Counted from the stretch's first letter, positions 37,899-52,340 are shown. The stretch is 64,000 nt of DNA from Sphyrna mokarran (GCA_024679065.1 JAGIQG010000020.1:38192001-38256000); one strand, 5' to 3'. A program made the numbers and translations. The notes: generated from the letters alone by a model not told the origin.

Positions 37899-40107
37899 GT
37901 GAGTCATTTTAAAAATATATATATATTTTAGTTTCCCTAAACAAAATGATATTAATTCTAATAAGTAAAATTTTCAGGTAAAGTTAAATGATTGGTTAAA
38001 TGACAAGCTAGAAGCTTCTAGTTCAGGTTAGAAAAGAGAATTGGAAAGGATGAAAGATAACATGAGTCTAATGAAGGCTGTGGAAAGTCAAGAGATCTGA
38101 TAGGTCTTTCATTCCATCTCTTTAGGATGTTCTAGGACAATCTTTATGCACTTTTTCTACTGTTTCCTGGTGGGAGCTCAAATTTATTGTTTATAAGTGG
38201 TTTCATAATGTCACACCTGGCAATGGAAATACTGAACAAAAATAATCTTCTGGTGGCCTCACTGATCTGATACCAAGCCAGGAAGTTCTGCAAAGAGTCA
38301 AGAGTACATTTAGTGATTGCCCTGCAGACAAGATTACTAATCCAACATAGTGGTGAATCTACAAATGAGTTGATACTGTTCCTACTTAGCATGAAGTAAA
38401 TATGACTAGTCAGTGTCTTGATTGGTAAGGTGGTCTTGGCAGTAAAGCAGTAAGAAATTTACTCTAACCTCTGCATTCAGCCTTCAGTCCTAATGAAGCT
38501 CAATGCAAGTTTGGTGAACAGCACCATTTCTTGCAATTAAGTATTTCATAGGCTTCTGAATTGTATCTATTAGGCTGTGTGGCTCTAGTATAGCTGACTA
38601 AACTCCAGAACTGATGTTGCCAACTTGTCCTTGGTGTTTAAATTAGTGGGATGTCTTCTTTAGAGGATAGTGTAAACTTCATGTCAAGGGAAAATATGCA
38701 GATGCTAGAAATCTGAAATAAAAAGAATGCTGGAAATACTCGGTAGGTCAGGTAGCAGATATAGGGGAAGAAAAGAATTAGCGTTTCAGTTTCTATTCCT
38801 TGTTGGGATGTGGGCATCGCTGGCTAGGCCAGCGTTTATTGCCCATCCCTAGGTGCCTTTGAGAAGGAGGAGGTGACCTGCTTTCTTTAGCAGTTGCAGT
38901 CCCTGAGGTGTAAGTACACTGCTGTTAGGGAGGGAATTCCAGGAATTTGACTCAGCAACAGTGAAAAGACATTTTACTGTATTTCCAAGTCAGAATAGCG
39001 TGTGACTTAGAAGGGAACCTTCAGGTGGTGTTCCCATGTGTCTGCTGACTCTGGTCTTCTGGATGAAAGTGACTGTGGGTTTGAAAGGTTGATAACCTTG
39101 CATCTCTAACCTTTTTCAGTTTGAATGAAAGAGTTTTGAGTAAGTGCAGAGGCATGGAAAAAATGGGGAAGGGAAGAGAGAACAAGGGGGTGCGCCTGTG
39201 ACAGAATAAATGCTAGAGCAGATTAAAATGAAAATGATAGGTGATGTCATTCTTTGCAACCCAAAGAATGGTAATAAGAATCCAGAGAGTGGTAATAAGA
39301 CAAGAAAATAAATGAAAGATGGGTCTGGAGAAACTGAAAATCCTACACAAGTAGGATCGTTACCACCAATTGCTATTTGAAGAGTTGCCAGCAGTAGTTA
39401 TAATCTAAAATCGTTGAACAAGTGTTGAGTTCAGAAGTCTGTGAAATTCTTAGTTGCAAGATATGGTACTGTTCACCAAACTTGCATTGAGCTTCGTTAG
39501 GACTGAAGGCTGGGCGCAGAGGTCAGAGTGAGAATGAAGCTGTGAATTATCATGGTAAATGACTGGAAGCATGCTTGCAGATTAAATGGAGTCGTTCGGC
39601 AAAGTGATTAAATTATCTGCATTTGTTCTTTCGGCTGTGGAATGATCTATATCACAAATACCAAATGCAATACGTTAATGTGAATGAAGTCCAACTCCTT
39701 CACCCTCCCCAACCACTGTTCAAACATTTTTCCAAATTCAAAAGAAAGGTTATCGACTGAAACATTAGTATGATCACTGCTACAATAACTTCAAAGGCAA
39801 CTAGTTGTGGTTTCAAGTTATTGAGAGTTTACTATCAATGATACTTATATGTAGAGTCTGACAGAACTGCAACACATCTCTATTCTGTGCTCCTCCCTGG
39901 CTCCAATTGAGTTGTCTCCGGACACATTGCACCCAATTGGCTCATCTTCCTGCGCGGTGTCTCTATTGAGTCTCCTCCCTTAGAAGGACCACACTATTAC
40001 AGCTACCTGTGTGTACCCCTCCATAGCTCAGTGTAGGAGTTTTGTATATGGTCATTAATTCTGTGCATATCAGAAACCCAACTGATCAAAGTAAAGTTAT
40101 TACATAT

Positions 40108-40347
40108 CTCATAGATTCCTACGGTGCAGAAGGAGGCCATTTGGCCCATAGTGTTTGCACTTACCACAATCCACTCAGGCTCTATCCCCATTAGACCATG
40201 CATTTACCCTATCTAATCTGCACATCTTTGGACTGTGAAAGGAAACCGGAGCACTTGGTGGAAATGCATGCAGACAGTGACCCAAACCAGGAATCAAACC
40301 CGGGTCCCTGGTGCTGTGAGGTAGCGGTGCTAACCACTGTGCCGCCG
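40108..40347 (-). mobile_element. V-SINE (HE1-like) with internal deletions
   Basis: Reverse complement of head cggcggcacagtggttagcaccgct, V-domain, tail. Confidence 0.85.
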
Positions 40348-40471
40348 CAATATTGTTAGATTTTCTAATTTTTTGTCACATTATCGGGACTTTGAAACCA
40401 GTGCATATTTTCCTGTTGATTTCATGTTGTGTAGAGAGTAACAAATTAAGACTGTTTCTGTCGCTGTGTAG

Positions 40472-40684
40472 AAACCTCGTTCAGAGATGGTTCGGGCCTC
40501 ACTGAGACTATTAACTTCGAGCGCGTACAGACTCCAGTCAGAATGCAAGAAAGCACTGCCGGCAGAACCTGGTCCCACATCTGACATCCAACTGGTAACA
40601 CAGCAAGTGATCCAGTGTGCATATGATATTGCCAAAGCAGCCAAACAACTCGTTACCATAACAACAAAAGAAAACAACAACTGA
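40472..40684 (+). CDS. GIT2: GIT2 terminal coding exon, KPRSEMVRASLRLLTSSAYRLQSEC...AYDIAKAAKQLVTITTKENNN*
   Basis: tgtgtag|AAA CCT CGT...AAC TGA; C-terminus TTKENNN is GIT2-type. Confidence 0.97.
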   Translation, partial: KPRSEMVRASLRLLTSSAYRLQSECKKALPAEPGPTSDIQLVTQQVIQCAYDIAKAAKQLVTITTKENNN

Positions 40685-42183
40685 TTAATTTTTCTTTCCC
40701 TTTTTTATTTACAAATTTTTTTTATATAAAAGTAAACTATTCTGGATATGTACCGGAATTGGTCTGGGCTTTCTGTCCGTATTATGTTTGCATGCTTTTT
40801 TAATATTCTTTACAATTTTGGGTATGAAAATACCTTCCTTCTGCCCTATATGTTTGCAGCAGAATTATGCTATTTTTTCTGGGTGCTATTTTCATTATTT
40901 GACCTGAATACCTGCTGGCAAAATATTGCTTTCCGGGAGTTAAAGCAGACAGATAACAGTTGGTTAGAATTGTGCGTATAAGTGAAATATATTGGTAATA
41001 GCAGAAATATGTAGAAACTAAAGTTCAACAGTATTTTCTAAATTATGCAAAGTCGGAGAAACATTGTTTAAAGTTGCTGCATTGGAGGATGGGGAGGTGG
41101 GAGGTAGAAAGGATATTTGTATGCACCAAAGCTATAAATAAGGTTTGAATTATTGAGCAAGCTTGGTAGTAGTACAAGACCCATAATGAGGGAAACAAAT
41201 GAAAGTTGTAATAGGTATGAAGAGAACAGGGGATGTCAGTATGTATTTCATAGGTGATGTCAAACTTGGGTTTAGAAAGTCTTTAGATTGTATAAGGAGG
41301 GGGATAAAAATCAGGCACCAGGCTGATGTTGAAAGGCTGTAATGATCAAACTTCCTGGGATTATGAAAGTGATCAGAGATTTTAGCTGAAACCAAAAGAC
41401 TGTAGCCTATTTGCTCTGCACTTGAAGTGAGTATTACCTGAAGTGGAAATAAAATGCAGGACTATGGGGAAAGAGCAAGGGAATGGGACTAATTGGGTAG
41501 TTCCTTCGAAAAGCCAGCACAAATGCAATGGGCTGCACAGAAGCAGGCTATTTAAGAGTTATGAAATATTTACAGAGAGTAGGTCCATATTTATTTAGCT
41601 TTAGTAAGTGGGCTAAATCTAATTTTTTAAAAAATCACGTTTTCTACTTTGTCAGCAGGATATTATCGAAGTTCTGTTGATCACGAGTCACAATATAACT
41701 GTTTTTAGTTTTGTTTACTCTCAGTGGAGCATTACACCATCATAAATAATTGCTAATGAATTCTCACGTATGTGAATAGTTTTAACTATGCTCCTTTGTT
41801 CAGCAACATGCACAAATTTTAACCCAGGGGCTGTATAAATCAGATTGGTCAAAGCATAATTCAACTAAAAGCCATACTCATCATTGCTTTGTGCAATTTG
41901 TACCTCATAATATTATAGCTTTTGACCGACATGACTGACAGCATTGTGTTTATGCAATGTATAACCAACCCTTTAGGCTTTTTCTGTGGAAGATACTTTG
42001 CATTTTCATATTTAGATTATGAATGCAGAAGCTATTTATCATCCATCTTTGCCTGTCATTGTACAATATTTTTGGTCAATTCATTCTAAGGATGACGGTT
42101 TATTTTTTGTTTGTAAACCTTTAATGTTGACTAAATTTGTGAAATTGTCAGTAAACTGTAATGAAATTTATAATACTTGTTGC

Positions 42184-42189
42184 ATTAAA
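42184..42189 (+). promoter_or_regulatory. Candidate proximal poly(A) signal ATTAAA (GIT2)
   Basis: ATTAAA with upstream TGTA motifs. Confidence 0.4.
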
Positions 42190-43253
42190 TTCCCATTGCT
42201 GTAAAACTGTGCAAAACAATCAGCCACAGTGTTTAAAACCCTTCCGGCATGGGGATTTCAACATTTAGATGCAGAACCCCAAACAGACGAGACTAGCACA
42301 ACCTCGTTTAGACCGGTGTAACTGTGCTTCCAATTCTTCTTGATAAGTGAATTAGCAGATAGAAGAATGGGGAAGTTGCCAAATTTTTATGCAAGTGATT
42401 TTGAAATGGTTAAACTGGGCATCCCAGTTGATTTTTGTATTGATGATTGAATCTGCACCTAGACTAATGCAATTCAAACTATGGTGTGGATTTGAACTGG
42501 CAGGACCAGTCCAGAAGTGCACTTCCTGCCAGCAACTCAGTGTCATTGCTAGCAGTTGTGAGATGGGAGGGGCAGGGATCAGCATGGGAAACTTCCCAAG
42601 TCATTATAGTCATGTGTGTAAAGGAGAAATTGTTTCGGGAGAAGATAATGAGAACATTTAATGAAGAAAGGGATTAATCACAATTGCACATGTTTGTCCT
42701 GAGCATAGTGACGGCAGTGAGTTTATGAACTTTTAGTTAGGTTCAAAGTGGGAGAAAGAAAAGTCAGTAAAATGATGTAGACGGTTTAGTATTTGTGATT
42801 GAGGCAAGCACATTAGTATCTTCATGCAGGTTATACTCAGGATCTTGGAACATGAAAAATGAAGGGGAAAAATTATTTTCAGGCGAGGGTGGGTTTTGTG
42901 GTACTGTTAATTGATAATGTTCCTAATAAATGACTGCACAGGGATTGGCACTACTGAACTACAGCATGAAATCTAGACATCAGTGTAGTTCTGGAGTTGG
43001 ACATGACAAATTTTCCAGTGTTAGCCTATTTTCTCTGTTCCAAGGACTAGCAATTTTTGAGGGCAGGGGAGTGTACTAAGATTTTTTTCACTCTTCTCTC
43101 CCTAGCATGAGTGAATCCCCTACATAACTTTGCACTGTACCTGTCATATGGCTCTTCCTGTATAATATTTGTCACTTTCAGCAGCTAATGGCTATATGGA
43201 AACCAATTAAGCATGGAAATGTACAGTTTGTAATGATGTGTTTACTCTGATTT

Positions 43254-43259
43254 ATTAAA
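43254..43259 (+). promoter_or_regulatory. Candidate distal poly(A) signal ATTAAA (GIT2)
   Basis: ATTAAA with upstream TGTA motifs and a downstream U-rich tract. Confidence 0.45.
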
Positions 43260-43394
43260 TATATTACATGATGTACATACAGTATCCTCGATTATTTTCT
43301 TTCTATATGCCATTCATTCTTTAGATTTCCATTTATTGCAATTAATAGATTATTGTAACCAGATCAAGACAGAGAACCCTTAGGAACATTAACA

Positions 43395-44075
43395 TATAGA
43401 TGGATTGGGCGTGCAGGACCACATGTGGGAACACAGATGGCCAAAATGATTAAGGCTGTGGCATGCTTCATCAGCTGGGGCATTGAATACAAGAATTAGG
43501 AAATCATACTGCAGCTATATAAAATCTTGGTTAGGATACATTTGGAGTATTGCTTGCAATTCTAGTCACCACGTTCCAGAAGGACGTGGAAGCTTCGGAA
43601 AGAGTGCAAAGAAGGTTTACCAGGGATGACCTCGAGGGTGTTGGCTATGAGGAAAGGTTGAATAAACTAGGACTGATTTCATTGGAAAGATGGAGGGAGG
43701 GTGAGGGGAGACTTGATAGAGGTCTGCAAAATTGAGAGGCATAAACAGAGTTTGTAGTCTGAGGCTTTTTCCAAAAGTGAAAGTGTCAAGTACAAGGGAG
43801 CACAGGTTCAAAGTGAGGGGAGAAAGTTTAAGGGAGATGTGTGGAGGAAGTTTTTCATGCAGAGAACTGTAGATGCCTGGAACGCACTGCCAGACGAGAT
43901 GGCGGAAGTAGCCACATTAGCAACATTTAAGAGACTTATGGATAGATACATTAATAGGAAAGAAATAGAGGGATACAGACAGAATCAGGGCAGAAGGCTT
44001 TTCTTTAAGTTTAGTTAGGGCATCATGATCGGCAGAGGCTAGGAAGGCCGAAGGGCCTGTTCCTGTGCTGTATTT
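43395..44075 (+). mobile_element. CR1 LINE 3' end (RT C-terminus and tail)
   Basis: LQLYKILVRIHLEY..., ERVQRRFTR, YEERLNKLGL; tail gggcctgttcctgtgctgt. Confidence 0.9.
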
Positions 44076-45489
44076 TGTTAATATTAAGGTCTGTGTATTT
44101 AATTGGATAATATAACATAACTTTGCGTCTTTAATATAATAAAATGCCCTGCCTGAGTGCTGAACAAAAAACAAAATATGACACTAGATTCCTTATTTGG
44201 TCAGATGACCAAAAATATAACTTTCACTGAGTGGCTTCAAGGAAGTCATTGAGGTGGTAAGCTGCAGGGAAGTGATTTCCAGAGCTTTAAGGCCTAGGCT
44301 GCTGAACGCGGGACTATCATTGGTGAAACAAATGAAATAAGGGATGATCAAGGGGCCAGAATTAAATGAGCACTGATATCTTTGGAAGGGTTAAAAACAA
44401 GAGTGTGTGTTTAAAAGTTAGGACATTATTGCTTATCCTGGAGTGAATGTCAGTAACCAAGAATTCTGTACTGAATGTAACTCACTTCCTAATGTCCCAA
44501 AGCTTGTCTGCAATCTACAAGGTAGGATATGTTGGAATACACCACACTTACCTGAACGAATACAATTCCAACAATACTCAAGGTGCTTGGTACCATCCAA
44601 GAAAAAGCAGCCTCTTAATCAGCAATCTATCCATATGAAGTAGCAGCAGGAGTAGGCCACTGAGCCTCTCAAACCTGCTCCATCATTCAATAAGTTCACA
44701 GCTGAGCTGATTGTAATCTCAACTTCACGTTTCCCCCTGTCCCACAAACCTTTCAGTCCATCTGAAAAATATTCTGAGACTCAGTTTCCACTATTACTTG
44801 GCTATTAATTTAAACACCTTTCAGACACTCCAGTTTAATCATACAGACAAACAGCAGCCTACCCTTTAATTCATTCAACAATCTCCTTTCATACTTTAGA
44901 TACCAAATCAAACTTACAGTTGCAACTCTTCTACTGAACTTTAACTCTTAACTGAACATTAACTTTAAATATTTAACTGAAAATAGATACTAAGTTTAAG
45001 AAAAACCTTGGCTAAGGATATTTCCAATGTAGAATTGTGGTTCATTCTCTGACGAATCCTTCTGGGCACATTTACAATGGACTGTACATGTCTTTTGTCT
45101 ACAACTTTCTTCAAATGCTTCTGGAAGTATCTCTATCATCTAGCCAATTATTTGTAACCAGAAACTAAATCACGGCCCAAACTGTCAATGAAATTACTTG
45201 TAAAATCTGTCATTGTGCTTAGTTCAAATGGCACATCTCTCACATATAGGCAGTACCATCGATGTCATTGTCTCTACTCAAAAGTAAACTTTCCATATTT
45301 GTTCAACGTAAGAGGCTCCAGATCAGATCTCAGACCAAGAACCCGACTCAGAACTTTATGACTTGCATCTGGTTTTAATTATAAGTTGACCAAAAATCCC
45401 AGCATACTTAGTTGTCAGCCAAAATTGCCATTTTTAAAGTCAAGTTTGCCATTATTGTTGTCAAATCATTGTTGCAGTAGCTTTTTTCT

Positions 45490-48110
45490 GCCTACACACT
45501 GTCTTTCGAAGAAGAGAGTTCTAATATGACTCAACCCTCACAAAAAATATTTCTCATCTGTCTTAAATGGTTGACCGCTTGTTTTAAAACAGTTCTAGAT
45601 TCTCCCAGAAGTGAAAACATCCTTTCCATATCCACCTGGTCAAGACTCCTCAGCATCTTGTGTGTTTTAACCAGGTTGCATCTTACTCTTCTAAATTCCA
45701 GTTGCTACAAGTCTAGTTTGTCCAACCCTTCCTCATGAGACAGCCTGCCCATTCTAGGCATTAGTTCATTCAACCTTTTTTCTGAACTGCTTCCAGTTTA
45801 AATAAACCCTTCTCTAAATAGAGACCAATATTGTAATTAATTCTCCAGATGTACTCTTACCAATGCTCTGTATAACTGAAGCATAACATCCCTATTTTGT
45901 ATTTAATTTCTCTTGCAATAACTGATTTCCTGTCTCAATAACTGATAACTTTGCTAATTACTTGTTAAACCTACATACTAGCCTTTTACAATTCATGCAC
46001 TAGGACATCCCTCTGCATCTCCAAGCTCTTGCCTTTGAAAGACTTTTTTTTAATTCTTTCTGCAAAATGGACAATTCTACATTTTCCCACGTTATAATTC
46101 ATTTGCCAGAATTTTGCTCAATCACAACCTATCTACTTTGTAGCCTTATGTCCTCTTACTAACTCACTTTCCTATCCAACATTTATCATGTGTCATCAGC
46201 AAATGCAACAACTAAACTTCTGGCTCATTCATCCAAGTCACTTATATAAATTGTGAAAGGCCACCACCACACGATTCATCTTGCCATCAGAAAATGACCC
46301 ATTTATGCCTACCTTTTCCTGTTAGCTAGCAAATTGTCAGTATGTTCTCCTGTACATCATGATATTTTTTCCACAATGACCTTTGATGTGACACTTATTA
46401 AATGCCTTCTGGAAATCTAAGAACAATACTTAAACTGATTTCCTCTCTATCTACAGCATGTGTTACTTTAAAGAACTCCAATAAAGTTACTTAAACATGA
46501 TTTCCCTTTCACAAAACAGTATTGATTTTGCCTTATCTTGAATTTATTTCTGTATCCTGCTATAACACCTTTAATAGTTTCTAACATTTTTCTTCTGACA
46601 GATGTTAAGCTAATAACTGCCTGAAGTTTCCTGCTTTCTGTCTGTCTCCCTTTCTGAATAAAGGAGTCACATTTATTATTATTCAATCTAAAGGAACCAT
46701 CCTTGAACCTAGGAAATTTTGAAAAATTTAAAATCAATGTATCAATTATCTTACAAACCATTTGTTTTAAGATCCTAGGATGAATTCCATCAAGGTCCTG
46801 GGACTTGTCAGCCTGCAGAACCAACATTTTGTTCAGTACCATTTCCCTGATTACTTATTTTCTTGAGTTCTCTCTTCCAATTCTGAGTTGCAGCAACTTT
46901 GTTACTTGTATCCTCTATAATGTAGAGCAATGCAAAATATCTGTTAAGTTCATCTGCCATCTCCATATTTTATATTATTAATCCAGACTCATTTTCTACA
47001 GGACCAATGCTCACTTTTTAAAAATATTCCTTGCAACTCTTTACTATCTTTATATTTCTGGCTAGCTTTCTCTTGTACTATGAATTTTCCCCCTCAGTTA
47101 TTTAAACATTCTTTGCTGTTTTTCATATTCTATCCAACCTTTGGACCTGCCTCCCCTCCAAAAAACTTTTTTAAGTGAACAACACATGATGCTTTCTCCT
47201 CTTGGAATTTTTTTCACTGGACTGCTCTGTTCTGTATGTTCTGCGATACTCCTCTGCATCTCTGTTGACCTATCACTTAACCTAATTTGCTAGTTCACTT
47301 TAGCCAGCTTTGCTTTTATACCTTCATTATTGCCCTTATTTAAGTTTAAAATACTTATATTAGGTTCTTCTCTTCCACAAACGGAATATACCATTCAATT
47401 ATAATTGCTGCTAGTCTGGAGTGCCTTCACTGAGGTTATTAATTAATCTTATGCTGGTGGATAACACCAGGTTGAGTGTAGCATGCTCTCCTGCTAGTGT
47501 CAGAAAATGCTGTTCTAAGAAACTATTCTGAAACCATTTTAATTATTGCTCATTTTGGCTGTCTGTTTGATGTTTCCCTTCTATATATAAATTAAAATTT
47601 CCCATTATTATCACTGTACCTTTCTGACAATCTCCCAGTATTTCTTCCTTTATATTCTGTAGTTACTGTTCAGGGACCTGTACACCATTCTCACAAGTGA
47701 CTTACTGCCTTTATAATTTCTGATCTCTACCAACTTTTCTGAAACCTGATTTCTTGAATTTAGATCATTTCCCTCTCTATTTTGCTAATACCATCATTAA
47801 TAGAGCTTCCTATCCTTCCTAAATGTCACGTTCCCTTCAATATTCAGATTGCAATCTACCATCCTGTAGCCATATGTCTAATAGTGTCAGATCATACATA
47901 TTTCTATTTGCATTCTCAGTTCATCTGTCATGTTTCAAATGTTACGTGCATTCAGATAGAGTTTTGTCCTTTTATTATTTTTATGACTGCTAGCCTTACC
48001 TGCTGATTTACTCTTAGATTTGTACTCTGTACCTTCCTGTCATTATCTGCTTACCTTTTCTCAACCCTTTGATTTACCTCATCATCTCAAATTTGATCCC
48101 TTGCCCCCAC
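45490..48110 (-). mobile_element. Long degenerate CR1 LINE (EN and RT); its 3' tail probably lies at about 44630-44780
   Basis: Minus ORF DKSQDLDGIHPRILK...FVKGKSCLSN; EN-like GTVIIMGNFN near 47600. Confidence 0.85.
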
Positions 48111-48574
48111 ATTAAACATTCACTCCCTCTATCACTAGTGTACAGTGATAACAGTCTGTCAAGATGTATTGCAGCAACTCATCAAGGCTCCTCTGTCATC
48201 TCAAAGGACAAGAGTAGATGGGAACACCCCCATACCCCATCCTGACTTGGAACACAAAATTGCCTGTCGTTCCTTCACTGTTGCTGTGTCAAAATCCTGG
48301 AACTCTAACATCACTGAGGGTGTGCATACATCACATGGACAACAGCAGTTCAAGAGGGCAGCTCATCACAAACCCCATGGGCAACAAGAGCTGACCTTAC
48401 CAGGGATACCCACATCCTGTGAAAGAATAAAGGGAAAAACATCTGTTTGATCATTGGGCATAATTTTTCCAATTCGCTTTAGCTGGCTCTGCTTTCATAC
48501 CCTTATAATTACCTAAATTCAGGTATAAAACATGAGAATTAAAATTTCATGTTCAGTTGGGGGGGGGGGTGCTA

Positions 48575-49020
48575 TCATGCTTTGAATGCTGTCACCTAAA
48601 TGCTCCTTTACCAAGAGGTTATTAATTAATCCTGCCTCATAGCTCATTTCCAAGTCCACAATAGCCTGCTCCTTCATTGGCTCTAGAATATTCTGAAATA
48701 TTGTCCTAAATACACTTCAGGAACTCATTTTCCAGGCCAACTTTGCCAATCTAATACACCCAATTTATCTGTAAATTAAAATCACCCATGATTATCGTGG
48801 TATCTTTCTTACATGCCCCATTTATTCTGTCAAGTATACTTTGTCCTACAATATAACTACCACAAGTGAACTCATACCTGTTGAATTTCTTGTCTCTATC
48901 CAAAGTGAGTCTGCATCTTGCATTTTTGAGCCAAAGTCATCCCTCATCAGTGAACTGAATCCTTACTTAATAGAGCTACACCACCAGCTTTTCTTAGATT
49001 CTTATACTTTTGAAATGTCA
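48575..49020 (-). mobile_element. CR1 endonuclease-region fragment
   Basis: Minus-strand TIIMGDFNLQINW. Confidence 0.65.
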
Positions 49021-49524
49021 AATGCCCCATCAAGATTTATTGTGACTGCCATCAAGCATCTGTGGAAATATGTGCGGAGAAATAACAAACTGTTTTGTTC
49101 AAAGCATATGAAAAATAAGCTGCTGAAAATGACTTGTGTTTTCTGATCCTCCATACAGGTAGAGTGTCTCATCTGGTTATCCAAAACAGAAATTATCCAA
49201 AATCTGGACACTTTTATCATGTCCCATGCATCAATCTTAATTGGGTAAAATATAAAAAACTTACTTACCTGGACACTGTGATTAAGCTCTGCATTGGTGC
49301 TCCAAATCGTTATCTGCTTCGCTGCTTTGTGCATCACTCTATGCCACATTCCAAGTGATCTTTGACACCAGCTGACCCAGCTTAGCCTAAATTACTCACA
49401 GCCTAAACCATCTGAACCAAAATCCAGCACCACCTCACTCTGAGGTTGTTGGATTTGAGGTACTAGAGTTGTATAAAGCAAGTTTATATATCAAAAATAT
49501 TAAGCAATAGTTTGTGTTCACAAA

Positions 49525-49655
49525 TTCAGGTGGATTGGCTATGCTAAATTGTCCCTTAGTAACAGGGGGTCTAACTAGGGTTAATGCATGGGAGTAATTA
49601 TGGTCTATGCAAATTTGATAGGCTGAATGGCCTCCTTCTGCACTGTAGTATTCTA
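49525..49655 (+). mobile_element. 5'-truncated V-SINE
   Basis: ggtggattggctatgctaaattgtccc...ggcctccttctgcactgtag. Confidence 0.75.
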
Positions 49656-50262
49656 AGTCAATCTTGGACTCGCCACTTACAAGCAGCACATAGCTCATGC
49701 ACAAATTATAGGTTTCATGAACTGAGTACCCTCTTTCCCAGCATGTTTCATTATATACCAAATTACTGCAAAATAACTGGGAGCTGCGGTATTTGTTGCA
49801 GTGTGTCTACTTGTATCTCCAGCGTTGGTAATAGGAGCACATTTCAAGGGGATGAAACATACATTGTGGACGCTGCCGTCCTATTTTCAGGTTGTGGACA
49901 TTACAAATCCTTAAGGTCAGTGCAGTCATACGTCATGGCATTCGAGATTCTTTGTACTTAGCTTTAACATTTGAAACGACCAAGTGGTCATGTCATAGTC
50001 TCAATGCAGGGTTTTGTGTAAATTTATGATAAAGTAAAAGCTACCTAAACTACTGCTCCTGCTTCTAACACACAACGTTGGAAACTCAGTCTCAGCTGGT
50101 AATTGAGCTCAACTGCCATCCTGGACAGAGTTTCACCATCAAACCTGGTTATTCCATTTAATTTCACTTTATGGATCACATGGAAATTCATTTTGGGCAC
50201 TTTGCTCATACGTTAAGCAATTACATGTAAATGAAAAAGATAAAAACCCTATCATGAAGAGG

Positions 50263-50524
50263 GGACAGCAGGGTAGCACAATGATTAGCACTGCTGCCTC
50301 ACTGTGCTAGAGACCCAGGTTCAATTCCTGACTTGGGTCACTGTCTATGCGGAGTTTGCATGTTCTCCCTATGTCTGTATGGGTTTCCTCCCACAATCTG
50401 AAAGATATGCTGGTTAGGTACGTTGATCCGAATAGGTGCCACAGCGTGGCGACTAGGGGAATTTCACAGTAACTTCATTGCAGTGTCAATGTCAGCCATA
50501 TTCGTGACAAATAAATAAACTTTA
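50263..50524 (+). mobile_element. V-SINE with second tail type (gcgactagggga...gtgacaaataaataaa)
   Basis: tRNA-like head with ggttcaattcc, V-domain, distinct tail. Confidence 0.85.
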
Positions 50525-51199
50525 ATGTAAGTATTAAAAAATATGCACTGCATTAAAATAATTATTCTGAGAGTCCGACCCTGAGTGCATATCCTCCTTT
50601 ATACGTCAAACCCCTGTTAAGAAGTTTCATAGAGAATGATACAAATGAGTTCAGGAATCAATTTGTCCCACAAACAAAGGATCATATTTTTCTGTCCTTA
50701 CAGATGCTGCCTGACCTGCTGAGTGTTTCCACCACTTTCTGTTTTTATTTCAGATTTCCAGCATCTACAGTAATTTGTTTTGTTCCTATATTTGATTTCT
50801 GTTCTTGACAGATTTGGTTGATGTTGGCTGATTCCAGGGCTGCTGCAATTACTTTTACAGTATGAAAAGGAGCGCAGGTTAAATCAGTAAGAATTTCCTA
50901 GCCTGATCATCATCTCAGAAATGTGCATATTATATGGGACCAGGCTTAGTCTTTGAAATAACCAATTAAGCAAAGCAGCAATATTGTAAGCCAAGGTTCA
51001 AGTTGATCAGTTAAGAATAGTAGAAGGTTCAAGTCTTGTTCCAGCATTTAAATACAGAAGTTAGATACTAACTGTTTTCTTTGGAGCTAGGTCATTTGGG
51101 AGGGAAATCAGAATGCACTTATTGACACAGAGGTTTGGAAATATGGAACTCACTGTAGAAATTAGGTCAATGGAAAATTTCAAAACTCAATCACTGAAC

Positions 51200-51605
51200 T
51201 AAAAAACTCAAATCCCACCATGACATCTGGTTCAAATAACATTCAATTAATAATTCAATAAATTCAATTAATGAGAAAATCTGAATCGAAAGCCAGTCTC
51301 AGGCATGTTGTCTGTGAAACATTAATTGTAAAATCTATCTGGTTCACTCATATCTTTTGGGAAAGGAAATCGACCGTCCTTATCTAGTCTGGCCTATTTG
51401 TGTCTCCAAACCCACCAGAATGTGGGTGACTCTTAACTGCCCTCTGAAGTGACCCAATAAGCCGTGTTTACCAAACCACATCAGAAAAGTCAAAAGCTGG
51501 ATGAACGCATTGGTTTAAGAAAGTAGCTTACTGCCACTTTCTCAAAAAGGGCAATTTGGAATGGACAACAAATGCTGGCCTTGCCAATAACAGCAGTATC
51601 CCATC
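51200..51605 (+). mobile_element. Degenerate shark SINE with L2-like tail
   Basis: ctggttcact...aggaaat...gactcttaactgccctctgaa...gggcaatttggaatggacaacaaatgctggcc. Confidence 0.5.
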
Positions 51606-51786
51606 AGCATATTATTGTTAAGTAAAGGTATCAATGCAAATGAAACAAAGATGGGTAACTGGAGCTAAGATAACCAGCCATGATAAAATTGAATGGCAGT
51701 ATAAACTTAAGAGACTGATGTTCCTATGTCTGTATGTAATCTAGGCCAATCCTCACTGCTGTTGAAGTGCCATATTTTCAGACGTT

Positions 51787-51962
51787 ATACAACACTGGGT
51801 TATAGTTCAACAGGTTTATTTGAAATCACAAGCTTTCAGATCACAGCTCCATCATCGGATAAAGGAGCAGCACTCTGAAAGCTTGAGATTTCAGATAAAC
51901 ATATTGGACTATAACCTGATGTCGTGACACCTCTCTTCTTGTCCAACACCAGCATCTCCACA
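51787..51962. mobile_element. Palindromic Penelope-pLTR derivative (head-to-head hammerhead-like halves)
   Basis: 51787-51856 is the approximate reverse complement of 51858-51927; the right arm continues to gtccaacaccagcatctccac. Confidence 0.75.
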
Positions 51963-52340
51963 CTATATTTTCAGGGGATCTCACCTTTAAATCTCATAAA
52001 CCTGCCCATTCTGGTTCTTCAATTGGATATTAAAAATCCTACTGCGTTATCTAAAAACAAAAAGATATTTCCTCATATTCTTGTCATTTGTTTCTTCAAC
52101 CCATATTATTGAAATATTATTAACTAATCATTGTCATTCATATTTGCATGATGCAGGTTTCTTTGTACAGTTTTCCACTTGAAAATAATTTATTGTATAT
52201 GAAGTGAAGCAAACTTGGGGAAGTAGATACACAATACTGGTGTAAACCTTATCCCTGAAATTCTTCATGAGCAATGGTGGAAAGTACGTAGGTATTGTGA
52301 AAATGTTGAATTTGTACAATCACTAATTGAATGTGGTGAA

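Larger units (their letters stand above)
40685..43280 (+). other. GIT2: Probable GIT2 3' UTR (end uncertain)
   Basis: Repeat-poor AU-rich stretch after the stop, with poly(A)-like signals at 42184, 42925 and 43254; CR1 begins at about 43395. Confidence 0.5.

Noticed and set aside
40381-40680. 99-aa antisense ORF over the last GIT2 exon
   Set aside because: Shadow ORF of real coding sequence.
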